From contig OZ038378.1 in assembly GCA_964036045.1 (NCBI GenBank), positions 190,464,001 to 190,528,000 of the forward strand: a stretch of 64,000 nt of DNA, in the 5' to 3' direction. Below, piece by piece: positions 42,050-52,707 of the stretch. The notes beneath the pieces are model-generated. The model was not told where the DNA came from. It was given only the letters and a program-made list of their open reading frames with translations, and did not search any database. How positions within the stretch are numbered: the stretch's first letter is position 1; each line of letters begins with the position of its first letter. The position numbers were made by a program, and so were the translations under genes. Source of the DNA: Eutreptiella sp. 'Long Island Sound 2002'. Lineage: Eukaryota > Protista > Euglenida.

Positions 42050-42760
42050 CAGCAGAGCCTTGGCGTTGTGCAGCAGTCTTGCAAGGGTGAATTGAACATT
42101 GGCCATGCCACTGGCCTAATGTGAAATTTGCACGTATTTGCATATATTTTCCAAAACGTCCATTTGTTGGGCCACGGCCGTGTTTCTTGTTGTCTATTGG
42201 GTGTATATTGGTGTATATTGAAATGTGTGCACTGTTTGATGATGGATTTGGCAGTCAAAGTCTTGTTTCTTCTTTTTTTTACAGTTTCGACCAAAAAACA
42301 AAAAGTAGAAAAATATGCACCCAACAATACAATCTACTGCGCTGGCCAAAACCCTTCTGGCCATTGCTTATTTCACCCTTGTAGCCTTGTCAACTGCCAA
42401 GCGTTTCGTTTGCTCGCCAACAAATGTCCGCCATAATGAACACCATTGTTGGGTAGTCCCCAGTGGCTGTTGTTTCATTGCCAAACACCAGCGGGCATGC
42501 ACCAACCAGTCTACCCACCCTGCCCTGCACAACAATCTGTTTGCACGTGGGTGGATTGCCATGGGGACCTGTTTTGTCAGAATTAAGCAACGGTAGGTGG
42601 CAGCTCTTCCCAAAGCAGCAGAAGACGGTTGGGTATGCAATGCGCCACGACTGAAAGAGTGCAAAGGGGGCAGTCCGAACGACCAGATCGGTACACCGTT
42701 TCATAGACGTCCTGTGCAGAGGGACAACTGTGCCACTGTCATCGACTAAAGATATTTTCC
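42050..42760 (-). pseudogene. Decayed pogo/Fot1-like DDE transposase relic
   Basis: NSDKTG (NxDETG-like), IVVQG, TATG.YPTMVFI, FDCQIHH (lDgH.SH-like), IIKQC..FNIHQYTPN...RPWP..WTFWK.Y (PxxxxxQPLD-like) in the expected order across frames. Confidence 0.4.
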
Positions 42761-42923
42761 CCCACCGTCTGTGGACAAGCAAAGCGATTGCGCTCATCCG
42801 GAAGGTCCAACCGGCAAACTTGCTGAGCCTTTACGCCCCCCCCCCCCCCCGCCCTTTGGCTTGGGGCTGGGTCGCAGTCTACCCACGGTCCGTGCCCTCA
42901 CCCTCATATCTACTGTTTTGCAG

Positions 42924-43205
42924 CGGAGCCGGACCCCACCTCTGATGAGTGGAAGTCTCTGGACCACAGCAAAGCCCTGGCCTTGCTGAACAACGGCGCC
43001 GCGGCCATGCCAGAGAGCCCCTCACCGAACAAATGGACCGCAACAGAATCTGCGCCTGGGCACTACTACTTCGACACGGCTGCCAGCTGCGCGCGGGCGT
43101 GGGACAAGCAGTCGGATGGGCCCACATGTGAGCCGTGGCGAGGGGAGCAGTACCAGAACATGGACTGTGGGGAGGACAGCTTCATGCTGGATTCCATGGT
43201 CTTAG
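42924..43205 (+). CDS. PP2C (PTC7/PBCP-like) exon 2, ending MDCGEDSFMLDSMVL
   Basis: TTTTGCAG acceptor, AG|GTGTGG donor; GEDSF is PP2C clade-K motif 1; phase 1 joins GVADGVGGW. Confidence 0.85.
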
Positions 43206-43621
43206 GTGTGGGCTGTTTGGTGCGGTATTCCGGTGGGGGGAGCACAGGACACACACGCGGGGAGCCGGGGTTTTTTAATGTCGAGATTTATTTTTTGTCC
43301 CCTAAGGACAGCCCCTTAAGGACCGCCCAATGGGCTGGTGGTTAATCGCCAGCTGCCGGCGGTTAATGGTGCAATTTGTGTATTGGGTGCCGATTGCGGG
43401 TGAAGTTTCATATGTCTTCTCTTCGCCAACCACAGCCTTGAGATGGATGAAGTACTGAGTGATGTAGTGCCTGGTCACCTTCCCTTGCCGTTGCACCGCT
43501 CAAAAGACAACCCCCTTCCAACACTGCTCATGCTGACGGGGCTGGGTCTAGAACTGAACTGAACCATCCACCATTTCTTTCGCTGCTTTTGAATATGGTG
43601 AGCCCTGTTGCCCTCCAAGGG

Positions 43622-43890
43622 CGGGGTCTAAAGTTGGGGTCTAAAGTTGGGGTCTAAAGTTGGCATCGGGGGGTTTAGATTTGGGGTCTAAAGATGGCAC
43701 CGGGGGGTCTAAAGTCGGGGTCTAAAGTTGGCACCGGGGTGTCTGAAGTTGGGGTCTAAAGTTGGCACCGGGGGGTCTAGATTTGGGGTCTACAGATGGC
43801 ACCGGGAGGGCTAAAGTTGGGGTCTAAAGTTGGCACCGGTCGGTCGAAAGTTGGGGTCTAAAGTTGGCAGCGGGGAGTCTAAAGTTGGGA
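43622..43890. repeat. Minisatellite of alternating GGGGTCTAAAGTT and GGCACCGGGGGGTCTAAAGTT units
   Basis: Direct reading; higher-order period ~33 bp. Confidence 0.9.
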
Positions 43891-43983
43891 GCATGCCCAC
43901 AATCTTCTTCTCTATCCGGTCGCTGTTTTGCTGAATCAGTAAGTTGCACTTTGTTGTTGCACCGACCCGTTTCACAATCTCAG

Positions 43984-44366
43984 GAGTCGCGGACGGGGTA
44001 GGCGGATGGAGGGAAGTGGGGGTGGACCCGAAGAACTTTTCCAATTCGTTGATGCGAGGGGTCAAGGAGCAGCTGGAAGGCAGCGACCGGGAGCGGGACC
44101 CTGTCGTGCTGATGGATCGAGCCTACCGCGTCACGCTGGAGCGGGTCGCGCAGGGCAGCTCCACGTGCATCCTGGGCAGCCTCAGTGCTGACGGGGTCTT
44201 GAAGACGGCCAATATGGGGGACAGCGCGCTGGTGGTGATCCGGGCCGGCGTGTGTGTGCACGAGACGGAGGACATGCAGTACTCGTTCAACGCGCCGTAC
44301 CAGCTCACGACGCAGCCGCAGTCCGGGTACATGATGCCGGCCAACAGCAAGACGACCGAGTTCCAG
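43984..44366 (+). CDS. PP2C (PTC7/PBCP-like) exon 3, catalytic core (GVADGVGGW...GSST...ANMGDS...QYSFNAPYQL)
   Basis: TCTCAG acceptor, CAG|GTCATC donor; PTC7-family motifs VADGVGGW, GSSTC, N.GDS, Q..FN.PYQL; GC3-rich codons. Confidence 0.95.
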
Positions 44367-44982
44367 GTCATCCTTGCTGCCCCAAGGCGTGTCTGTACTG
44401 TGTGGACAAAAAATCCCCATCTTTCCAAATTGGCATTTAAATGGTGCTTGGGCTGCTTCTTTGCACCGTCATCTTACGAGCGTTCAGTTGCTGGTGCAAA
44501 AAGTTGAGTAATTCGTATTGGTATTCGTTTGTGAAAAGCACTGACCTGGTGTGCTACAACAAGGAGAGCTTGCTTTGGCTTTTTTTTTGTGCCTCTCTGT
44601 CTGCTTGTGGGAGGCAGCTTGCGTGCAGCCGGCATGCCTACCACCCGCCTGTTCCTCCCCAACCCATTGTACAAGGGGGACGCACTGTGCGCTGTGCGCG
44701 CAGTGTGCGAAAAGTAGGCTATTTTTGACCTGTCTTCCCTGATGGCTCAGGTGCCCGCAGTAACTCCTGTGTTGCCATACACAGGACTGCTCAGAGTCTT
44801 ACTCAGCGCAAAAACTCAGATAATGAATTAAAAACAAACTATGCTTCACACTGAAAATGCCAGATTAATGTGTAAATCTGTGGTTTTTGCCTTGTGGACA
44901 TATGCTTCCGCCACGTTGGGTGGTTTTCAGGGTGGTTAAGGGAAAACTAAATTACTCTTGGGTGCTGTGCCCGTGCTGTGCA

Positions 44983-45917
44983 ACCCCCCCTCCCCAAATT
45001 GGCGGCCGAATTCGGCCGACCTCGCCGATTTGTTCTGCCAATTTGTTGGGTTTCTGAATTTCGCTGAGTTGTTTTGCCGATTGGTCTGGTTTCTGTGATT
45101 TTGCTGATTCGTTCTGCTGGCTTGTTGGGGATTCTGGGATTCTAGGACACCTGATTTGGAGTTGTCAATCTAAGATGTGCATCATTTACTTAGGGACACT
45201 GGATAATACCTTTTCTTTCTACATTGGTTCTTCAGATTGGCACCATGAAGTGTTTTTACTGCCCACAAAAAAGACGCATCTCTGGTCGATTCATTGTCCC
45301 CCAGTGATCAAACTTTTCTGCGCGACAAGTACCCTGATGCTGGTCAGGGGGCAGTTTGCAACTTATGTGTTCGCTCTGCACGCCCCAGTGCGTACTTCAG
45401 CCGCCATTCTTCAAGCACCTCATCATCAGCCCCCGAATCAATGGATTCTGCGCTGCAGGTGCCTTCGGCTCCTCGAGTGTCTGGCGTAGCCACGTCTTTG
45501 GCCACAGAGTCCGTGGAATCTGGGGTTGTGGAGCCTTCAGCTTCTGTTGCAGAGTATTCTACTGCTGCCATCAAGACAAGTGAAAAGAACTGCAAGAATG
45601 AAAAATCCGTTTGGGAAGTGAACCACCCAACAGATTTGCAGACCGCAGTGCATACCACTAGACCACTGCCTTACTCTGCCATATTCATCCTCAGGAACCG
45701 TGTACAGACCGATAGATGAGATTTTTTTTCGACAATTGAGACATATTTTGGGTTTCCACATGACTCCAACTACAGAGCAACCAAAAGGAAGGTGTGTTTA
45801 GGGCCTGGGACTGAGATCCAGGGCACTGGGAACCTGTTTTGCTGAAAAATCGGTTCGCCGATTCGATCCGCCGATTTGTTGGGATTCCTTCGCCGATTTG
45901 GGGGGGGGGGGGGTTGA
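44983..45917. mobile_element. TIR element with poly-C/poly-G termini, flanked by an 18-bp direct repeat
   Basis: Ends CCCCCCCTCCCCAAATTGGCG and CGCCGATTTGn; subterminal GCCGATT repeats; flanks CTGTGCCCGTGCTGTGCA (44965-44982) and CTGTGCCCGCGCTGTGCA (45918-45935). Confidence 0.7.
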
Positions 45918-47337
45918 CTGTGCCCGCGCTGTGCAGAAACGCCACCAAGGACCAGCTCTGCACCAGGCGCTTGCGCCGCCCCCCGTTGCCAGTGGCGTGC
46001 AAGCTCAGCGGGCTGGCGCGTCATGGAACACCGGTTCCCAGCCCCATGTGGAGCTGTTTCCCATGTGCCAGCACGAAGGCCTGCGGGCAGGCAGATTGGC
46101 AGGCAAGCATGCAAGCAGGTAAGACAGACCGGGCAGTCAGGCTCAGGCGAGGTCTGTTTTTCGTGCTGGGGATACCCTACCGGGGGTGGGGAGGTGTTTG
46201 CAGTGGGTGGGTGGGTCCTTGAGATTTGACCCCCCGCCCCCCCCCTCCCCGTGGGGGTGTCATTGATTTCCACGAAACACGGCTCAGTGATCGGGCACTG
46301 GGCCATGAAGGCCAAACAATGGGATGCTGCGGGTATCATTCCTGGGGCACAGGCAGTGCTTGTCCTTGTCTTGCTTTTGCCTTTGCTCTGGTCCACCAGC
46401 TCCCCATGAAAGGGGCATTCCTGAGAGTGTGTGACTGTGGCATGGCATGAAATGCAGGAGCCGGCTGTGTGGGTGGGTGGGTGCGTTGGTTGAGGGGGAG
46501 GTAAATGGGTCGGGGGGTTGCGTTCTGAAAAGTGGGTGGGTGCGTCCAGTTGCAGCCCCCCCCCCCCCCCCCGCCCCCACAAAGCAGAAAAAAAGGGGCT
46601 GACTTGGGCAGGCAGGGCAGACAAGCACACCTGGGGCGCTCATGATTGTCAGGTCGCGGCAGTGGCGGCCAAAAGTCCACGGAGAATCGCCGCGCACAGG
46701 GTGCGCACCGCATCAGTGGCTCCCCCATGGAAGTTGGTTGTAGTATACGCGGAAATAGTTGGGGCGCAGAGAGACAGAGATGTCTCTGCTCCGGAACCAC
46801 CTTGTGCCCCCGGCTCTGTTGGAGCAATGTTGCTTTCAGTGGGGTGTGCAGGGTCCCTCGCAGGCAGGCTGGTGGAGGCAGGCATGCAAGCAGGGAGGAG
46901 GAGGAGGAGGAGGAGGAGGAGGACCTGCGACCCAGCCCTTGCTGGCCGCACGACTAGCACCGCGAGAAACACGCCAATGCTAGCTGGTTCCCGTTAGCTC
47001 CGCCTCGCTGAGATGCAGTGGGTCTTTCGCGGTGCATGCAGGAATGTGCCCTAGGACCTTTCGGCTCACATTCCCCCGCTCACCCTATCCGTGGGTACCC
47101 CAACCGAAGCCTGACAGGTGGTAGCCAAGTGGGACAATATGCTCAGCACATACGGTCCTAGCATCAGCATGATCACCCCGGAATCCAGTTGGCAGTGTGT
47201 CCCACAGATTGCTTTCATTGCTTAACTTGCGTAAGGTGATGCTAGTTACAATGGTCTAGTGGTTTCTCTCTTGGAGTCTGACAATAGCACAGTTCTTGCC
47301 AAGGGCACGCGAGCAAACAAAGGCATTCATGACAAAT

Positions 47338-50300
47338 TCACCAAGGCTCTTCAACCCACTTGTCCATACTGGGTTGAAACTTCAGTCTATAATCTTGTGT
47401 GCTCATCTTGTGAGGTAATCCTAGTAAAGCGAACAGCTGTTGAAATGCCGCCAATAGGGCACGCAATCGTTTGACGGAATATACTTGTTCTTGTACCACT
47501 AAACAAGTGATCATGCGCTGATTCTCTGGATATCCAAACGTCATGCTCCAAAATATGGTACCCTGAAGGTTCGTGCCTATAACAGGCTTTTCAACCGAAT
47601 CAATAAGCCATACAGTGGGAACATTGTGTTGTAGCTTGCGCATGTCCCGCATATCTGTGACAAACCAGTATGTGACTGGTGTGAGCGAATGCGCCATCAA
47701 GCGCATCTTGGGCAAATACACATGAAAATGCATGCGATTTCCTAAGAGGAACAGCAAAGGCGCATGTGGCCACACTACCCACACTTCAGGGTATGATGCC
47801 CATGAGTGCTTTGGTACTCTGTGCTGGTGCGCGAGTACGAAATGTGTCATGGGTGCCCCATTGAGGGCTGCAAAATCTTGGGTTTGTAACATGAGAGGCA
47901 AGGACGTTGCCTCTCGTAATAACTGCAGAGTGGTAAGTATAAAACCCAACAAACGTTGCTGTTTGGATTCGTTCACTCCCAGCTTTTCCATAGCATGTGT
48001 AGTGTCTGTTGTTGCTCCACCGTCTGGATTGATGCACAAAGAGATGTGATCGACCTGTGCTCCTGGATAATACACACAATGCAACAAAATGGTTGCTGCT
48101 CCCCTTTGTACCCAAACTCCCCAAGGGGTAGGAATGCAATGTTTCCAGGATGGGATGACATCGGGTATCATGACTGCCAATTTGGAATAAACCAAATACA
48201 GTATTACATCTCTGTATGGGCATTCCTCACACATGTGCCTGGAGGTATTCTGCATTCCACACCAGATGCATTGTGCAGGATTTGGTTGCCAGATGCCCTG
48301 TCTGCATGCCACAGTATGTAGATGTGTGTTCCATTGAATGTGCCCATTCATGAGGGCATTAGCATACAAATCATACACTGGCTGTGGGGCACAGTACTCT
48401 ACATCATGAGACTTACAATACAGCTCGGTCAGCTTGGTGTGCACATACTTGTCCCAATTATGAAACTGCTGACCTTTACAAGAAAACGTGATCTGTGGTT
48501 CTTGCAATTCGGAAATCCATCCTATGCTTGGCACTTGTGACAGCGCCGTTTCTTTGGCACAGCTATCTACACTGTCTAGAATGATATCCAACAGTGTACC
48601 CTTTCGATGGGAGTAAATATGCACTGGAACTTGATAGTCTTGAGACAATTGTTTACATGCCTGAAGTAAATCTCTCAAAATGGGTACAGTTTGCTCTGTA
48701 TCTGACTGTAGGGCTGTAACATATGACTTAGAATCTGTATATGTATCCGATTTGGTATACCACACTCCATCTTGAGTTCCCAGCTTCTTTCTCACCAGGA
48801 GTGTTACCCAGGCCACATACATCTCTATGGCAAAAGAGTGGTCTAGGCTGATAGGACAATGTATCGGGTATACTGTGTATTCCATCGTGTCATAATCACA
48901 AATGGCAAGAGCACCTCCTACCCTGCCATCTGATAATCTGGAACCGTCTGTGACAAAGAATGGGCGTTTGGGCAAAAACTTGATGTCTGGCAAAATGGCT
49001 GGACACGGAACTGAGGGCAACAGATCCACATTCGGTAAACAGAACATCCAATCCGGGATGGGCCAGCCAGCTTTTCTAGCCGCTGGCAAATTTTTATATC
49101 CAGCCGTCATCCATTCATGCATATGCACAGCTTGCCAATCATGTGTGCATTTATACATGTTGATTTGTTCATCGATCTGCTTGACATATGCTGGGACATG
49201 AATGCGAATGTTCATGTGATGGGTGTATTTGAGAAATCTGTCATAATCTGTGCTGTGTGAGGGACACATCTTTCCAAAGATATCTGGAACACATGGCATG
49301 CCTGGATGAAAATTCTGAGAGGCTCTCCATATACCATGAGTAACTGATTTCCGGACCAAAGGGTTCAGATGTCCTGCCTGCCTCATGATGGTGATGACAA
49401 ATGTGTGTAACATGGTGACTGTGGCTGGATATATACCAGTCCATCCAGACTGTAATGATTGCATGAAGGAGGCTGAAGGAATTTGACCCCAATTCGCTAC
49501 ACTCCTAATGGCAGAAGCAGCTGCAAAATCACATAATCTCATGGTGGCATGTGCTGGAGGCCTCACTCCTGCTATCCATCGTTGGGTACCTCCTGCACTT
49601 GCTGAGTACATAATCAAAGGGTAATTTGCTGGTAGCCTCTCATATCGAAGAGCAATACTTGCTCTTCTGCATGCTGATAACAACTTGATACAATCTTGTC
49701 GGTGGAAGATATGTGGCAAAACATGTCTTCCCAACAACCTGGCATATTCATTACCGTCTAATAACTGCAGAGTGCTCCCTCCTGCTCGAAAATCGTGGCT
49801 GTGGTATTGTACCTTTCCACCTATCATAGACGCTACTATACCCGTCAGTTTGATTACTGAAGTGTGTAAGTGTGTGTATAGCCCTGCTGTCATCTGTCTG
49901 TCTAACAATTGCTGCATATCTTTTGCGCATTCCAAAACAAAGGTTGTATCATCCATATATGTGACTCTAAGGAATCTCCCTCCTGGACTGATAGGTACTG
50001 GAATCTGATGAGTGATAATGGCGATGCGCAATTCCAGGAGTAAACAGAAAATCAAAGCTGAAACAGGGCATCCCTGTGCAATACCTGCCCGAAATGTGGT
50101 GATGGCTAATTTCACTCCCTTTTTTCCGCCCATAAAAATTTTTGATTTGGTTGCTGCACCCATAATGATAGTGATCCATCGTTCATGAAACCCTGCGAGT
50201 CGTAAGATTTGTTCCAATGTGGGGTGCTGAACAGAACCAAAAGCATGACGAATGTCATCTAACACAAGAAAAACTGTGAGATTTCTGTTCCACCCGTCAT

Positions 50301-52707
50301 TAACATGATCATGTATGACCCTCAATACATCATTGGCTGAAGATTTACCCCATAAGGCAAATTGCGTTACTGGTATGACCTGAGACTGACACAGAAGATG
50401 AGTAACGTGTTTTTTTATACTGGCCGAAAAGATTTTCCACAAAGTGTGGAAATTGAGAAGAGGTCTGGCATTTGCGATGGGACCATGAGGTAATTTATTG
50501 GGGAGAGCGTAAAAGTCTCCCCAATATATACCGTCCATGTCCCCTCCTGCCAACCATGTGTTGTAAAGCTGTACCAAGTGTAATAACTGCGAATCTGACA
50601 AGAAATTCACCATTCGGGCCTCTAACAGGTTTCGAAATGGAGTGGATCGTGGAAACTTTTTGAGCACTTTGCGTAGAAAACTTACCGTAAGTGTGAGAGG
50701 GGGAAATTGAGGGGGATCCCACTGGACCCATTGCAGAATATCATTGCGGTTCATATATAAAGGGGGTGAAAGATGTCGTTGACGAAATTGATCCAATGCA
50801 ACCAAACCAATCATGTCTGCATGTGCATTGTGCTGTGATACATATGTAGGCTCAAGTGATGCATTGTATGGTTGTCGAAATATTTTTCGGTAAAGGGGTT
50901 TTCTAGGTGCTTGCGCACCTGCTGACCCCCCCAAATTGTTGAGGGAAACCCGAATCTTGTTCTCCAAATGTATCATATCCCATGCTCGCCATATCTGTGA
51001 TCTATGCTTCTGTAACTGCTGTGCCTGTGTTATATGTAACCACCACTGTGGGTGCTCTGTGATGTATGCTTGCATTCTTTGCATAGCTTTTTGCACTAAC
51101 ATGGGGGTTGAATATGCATCACATGGCTGCCCAAATACCTGCGTGGCTGCCTGTAAAATTGCATGTGTGAAACTTTTCACCGTGATATCCAATGTGTCTG
51201 ATGCATGCTGTGTGTATTCTTTATCGAAAACTCTCTGGAAATGAGCCAACTGAGTGGCTGTAATTTCCACAGGTATGACATACCTATTGGTAGCATGGGT
51301 GCATTCCGGAGGGGGTAATGGGGTCACATCATATATACTCAGAATTAATGGGAAGTGATCAGAAGGGAACGAACAACGATGAATCACCTGTGTTATAGGA
51401 GGTGTGGTGTGTGTGACGGAAACCATGAAGTGATCCAATGCGCCAACATGCCCCTGTGCTGATACCCATGTGGGTCCTTGTGATTGTTTCTTTACTGGAT
51501 GTATGTTGGTATCTAGAAATGCATCGAGTATGGCTTCTGTGCGGGCGGGGCTGGATATGGGACAATCATTATCCCAACCCGGATTCTGATTGAAGTCACC
51601 ACCTACTACCGTGTACCAGTAGGCAGAAATCAAGAATGGTGCAACCCAGTTCAAGGTTGCTCTTATTTCGTGTGCCTCTGCTTTAGATTTGAGGTACAAA
51701 TTGACTACCTGAAAGGGTTTGTCATTGTACAAAAAGCGAACCACAATGGCTCGATGATCTGGGGAGAAATGTTGCTCTTGCATCTGTATTCCCAACACTC
51801 TGCGTAGCAAAATTGCTACTCCCAATGAATTCCGGTCTGTATGCGTGTGAAATGCCATATATAGAGGATGGAACATGAAATCTGAGGGGAGTTTTCCTAT
51901 CTCCTGCAACATGACAATGTCTGGGAATTCCATCTCTTTAATCCATACATGTAACTGTTTTGTCTTGTCTCGGATACTGATCTGAACATTGAATGATATG
52001 CATCGGACCGGCGACGTCTCATGAGGATTTTTTTCTTGGGCAGTGCAGTGAGGGACTGATACAATGTCCATTGTGTGTAACAGGGATTGTCTCAATCTCT
52101 GTGGCAATTTTCCGGGTATTTTTAAAATCCTGCGTATGATGCGTGGTTTGAATATTGCCACCATGAGAGTACTGGCTGCACCTGTGAGCATTGTATGTGT
52201 GATGGAATACTGTGTGAACCAGTACATAGGCAATATGAGCGAGTGTCCGGTGGGTACACGAATTGCAAATTGTGTACTTGTTTTTGTGCATCCTGAGATC
52301 TGCATAGCACCTTTCAGCTGAATGTAATAAAGCACATCAGCCCATTGAGTTAACAATGGAGCTGGCTGGTGTGTGTGCTTGAAATAATGGATGTGTATCA
52401 ATCCAGCAGGGACTGGCAAAAGAGACAGAAGTTCTGCAGGAACTTCTCGGAAACTTACACACCGGTTGTTCTGAAACTGAAAACCCCACTGACTGTCAAT
52501 GGCATTCCCAGTCAGAGGAGACACATACAATATTACTTGCTGTATCGGAAATTCTGACGGAAAGGGAACTGAATCTGGGGGGCTTTTAAGGTTGCCAGGG
52601 GTTTGGCCATCCTTGCTGTTCAGGTGTAGATGGCCAGGCATGGTTATGTACCGGTGCTTGTTGTGGTGCCCAATGATGCTGTGCATGCTGATGGGGTTGC
52701 CAGCCAC
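47338..52707 (-). CDS. LINE ORF2 polyprotein, 1789 aa: unknown/AlkB-like N-terminus, APE endonuclease, reverse transcriptase, RNase H, CCHC-type finger, unknown C-terminus (first ATG at 52686)
   Basis: APE: SFNV, DIVMLQE, GGDFN, LDHF, SDH. RT: RPL, QFA, LDD..HAF.SV, GIAQGCPVS, YMDD. RNase H: TDGS, AIE, TDSKS, VD..AK. Finger: CIWC...TSRHMCEEC. No stop codons. Confidence 0.95.
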   Translation of the reverse strand: MAGNPISMHSIIGHHNKHRYITMPGHLHLNSKDGQTPGNLKSPPDSVPFPSEFPIQQVILYVSPLTGNAIDSQWGFQFQNNRCVSFREVPAELLSLLPVPAGLIHIHYFKHTHQPAPLLTQWADVLYYIQLKGAMQISGCTKTSTQFAIRVPTGHSLILPMYWFTQYSITHTMLTGAASTLMVAIFKPRIIRRILKIPGKLPQRLRQSLLHTMDIVSVPHCTAQEKNPHETSPVRCISFNVQISIRDKTKQLHVWIKEMEFPDIVMLQEIGKLPSDFMFHPLYMAFHTHTDRNSLGVAILLRRVLGIQMQEQHFSPDHRAIVVRFLYNDKPFQVVNLYLKSKAEAHEIRATLNWVAPFLISAYWYTVVGGDFNQNPGWDNDCPISSPARTEAILDAFLDTNIHPVKKQSQGPTWVSAQGHVGALDHFMVSVTHTTPPITQVIHRCSFPSDHFPLILSIYDVTPLPPPECTHATNRYVIPVEITATQLAHFQRVFDKEYTQHASDTLDITVKSFTHAILQAATQVFGQPCDAYSTPMLVQKAMQRMQAYITEHPQWWLHITQAQQLQKHRSQIWRAWDMIHLENKIRVSLNNLGGSAGAQAPRKPLYRKIFRQPYNASLEPTYVSQHNAHADMIGLVALDQFRQRHLSPPLYMNRNDILQWVQWDPPQFPPLTLTVSFLRKVLKKFPRSTPFRNLLEARMVNFLSDSQLLHLVQLYNTWLAGGDMDGIYWGDFYALPNKLPHGPIANARPLLNFHTLWKIFSASIKKHVTHLLCQSQVIPVTQFALWGKSSANDVLRVIHDHVNDGWNRNLTVFLVLDDIRHAFGSVQHPTLEQILRLAGFHERWITIIMGAATKSKIFMGGKKGVKLAITTFRAGIAQGCPVSALIFCLLLELRIAIITHQIPVPISPGGRFLRVTYMDDTTFVLECAKDMQQLLDRQMTAGLYTHLHTSVIKLTGIVASMIGGKVQYHSHDFRAGGSTLQLLDGNEYARLLGRHVLPHIFHRQDCIKLLSACRRASIALRYERLPANYPLIMYSASAGGTQRWIAGVRPPAHATMRLCDFAAASAIRSVANWGQIPSASFMQSLQSGWTGIYPATVTMLHTFVITIMRQAGHLNPLVRKSVTHGIWRASQNFHPGMPCVPDIFGKMCPSHSTDYDRFLKYTHHMNIRIHVPAYVKQIDEQINMYKCTHDWQAVHMHEWMTAGYKNLPAARKAGWPIPDWMFCLPNVDLLPSVPCPAILPDIKFLPKRPFFVTDGSRLSDGRVGGALAICDYDTMEYTVYPIHCPISLDHSFAIEMYVAWVTLLVRKKLGTQDGVWYTKSDTYTDSKSYVTALQSDTEQTVPILRDLLQACKQLSQDYQVPVHIYSHRKGTLLDIILDSVDSCAKETALSQVPSIGWISELQEPQITFSCKGQQFHNWDKYVHTKLTELYCKSHDVEYCAPQPVYDLYANALMNGHIQWNTHLHTVACRQGIWQPNPAQCIWCGMQNTSRHMCEECPYRDVILYLVYSKLAVMIPDVIPSWKHCIPTPWGVWVQRGAATILLHCVYYPGAQVDHISLCINPDGGATTDTTHAMEKLGVNESKQQRLLGFILTTLQLLREATSLPLMLQTQDFAALNGAPMTHFVLAHQHRVPKHSWASYPEVWVVWPHAPLLFLLGNRMHFHVYLPKMRLMAHSLTPVTYWFVTDMRDMRKLQHNVPTVWLIDSVEKPVIGTNLQGTIFWSMTFGYPENQRMITCLVVQEQVYSVKRLRALLAAFQQLFALLGLPHKMSTQDYRLKFQPSMDKWVEEPW

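Noticed and set aside
47100-47175. Hammerhead or HDV ribozyme in the LINE UTRs
   Set aside because: CTGATGC rather than the CUGAUGA core and no matching three-stem junction; no Ingi/L1Tc-type 5' signature recognised.
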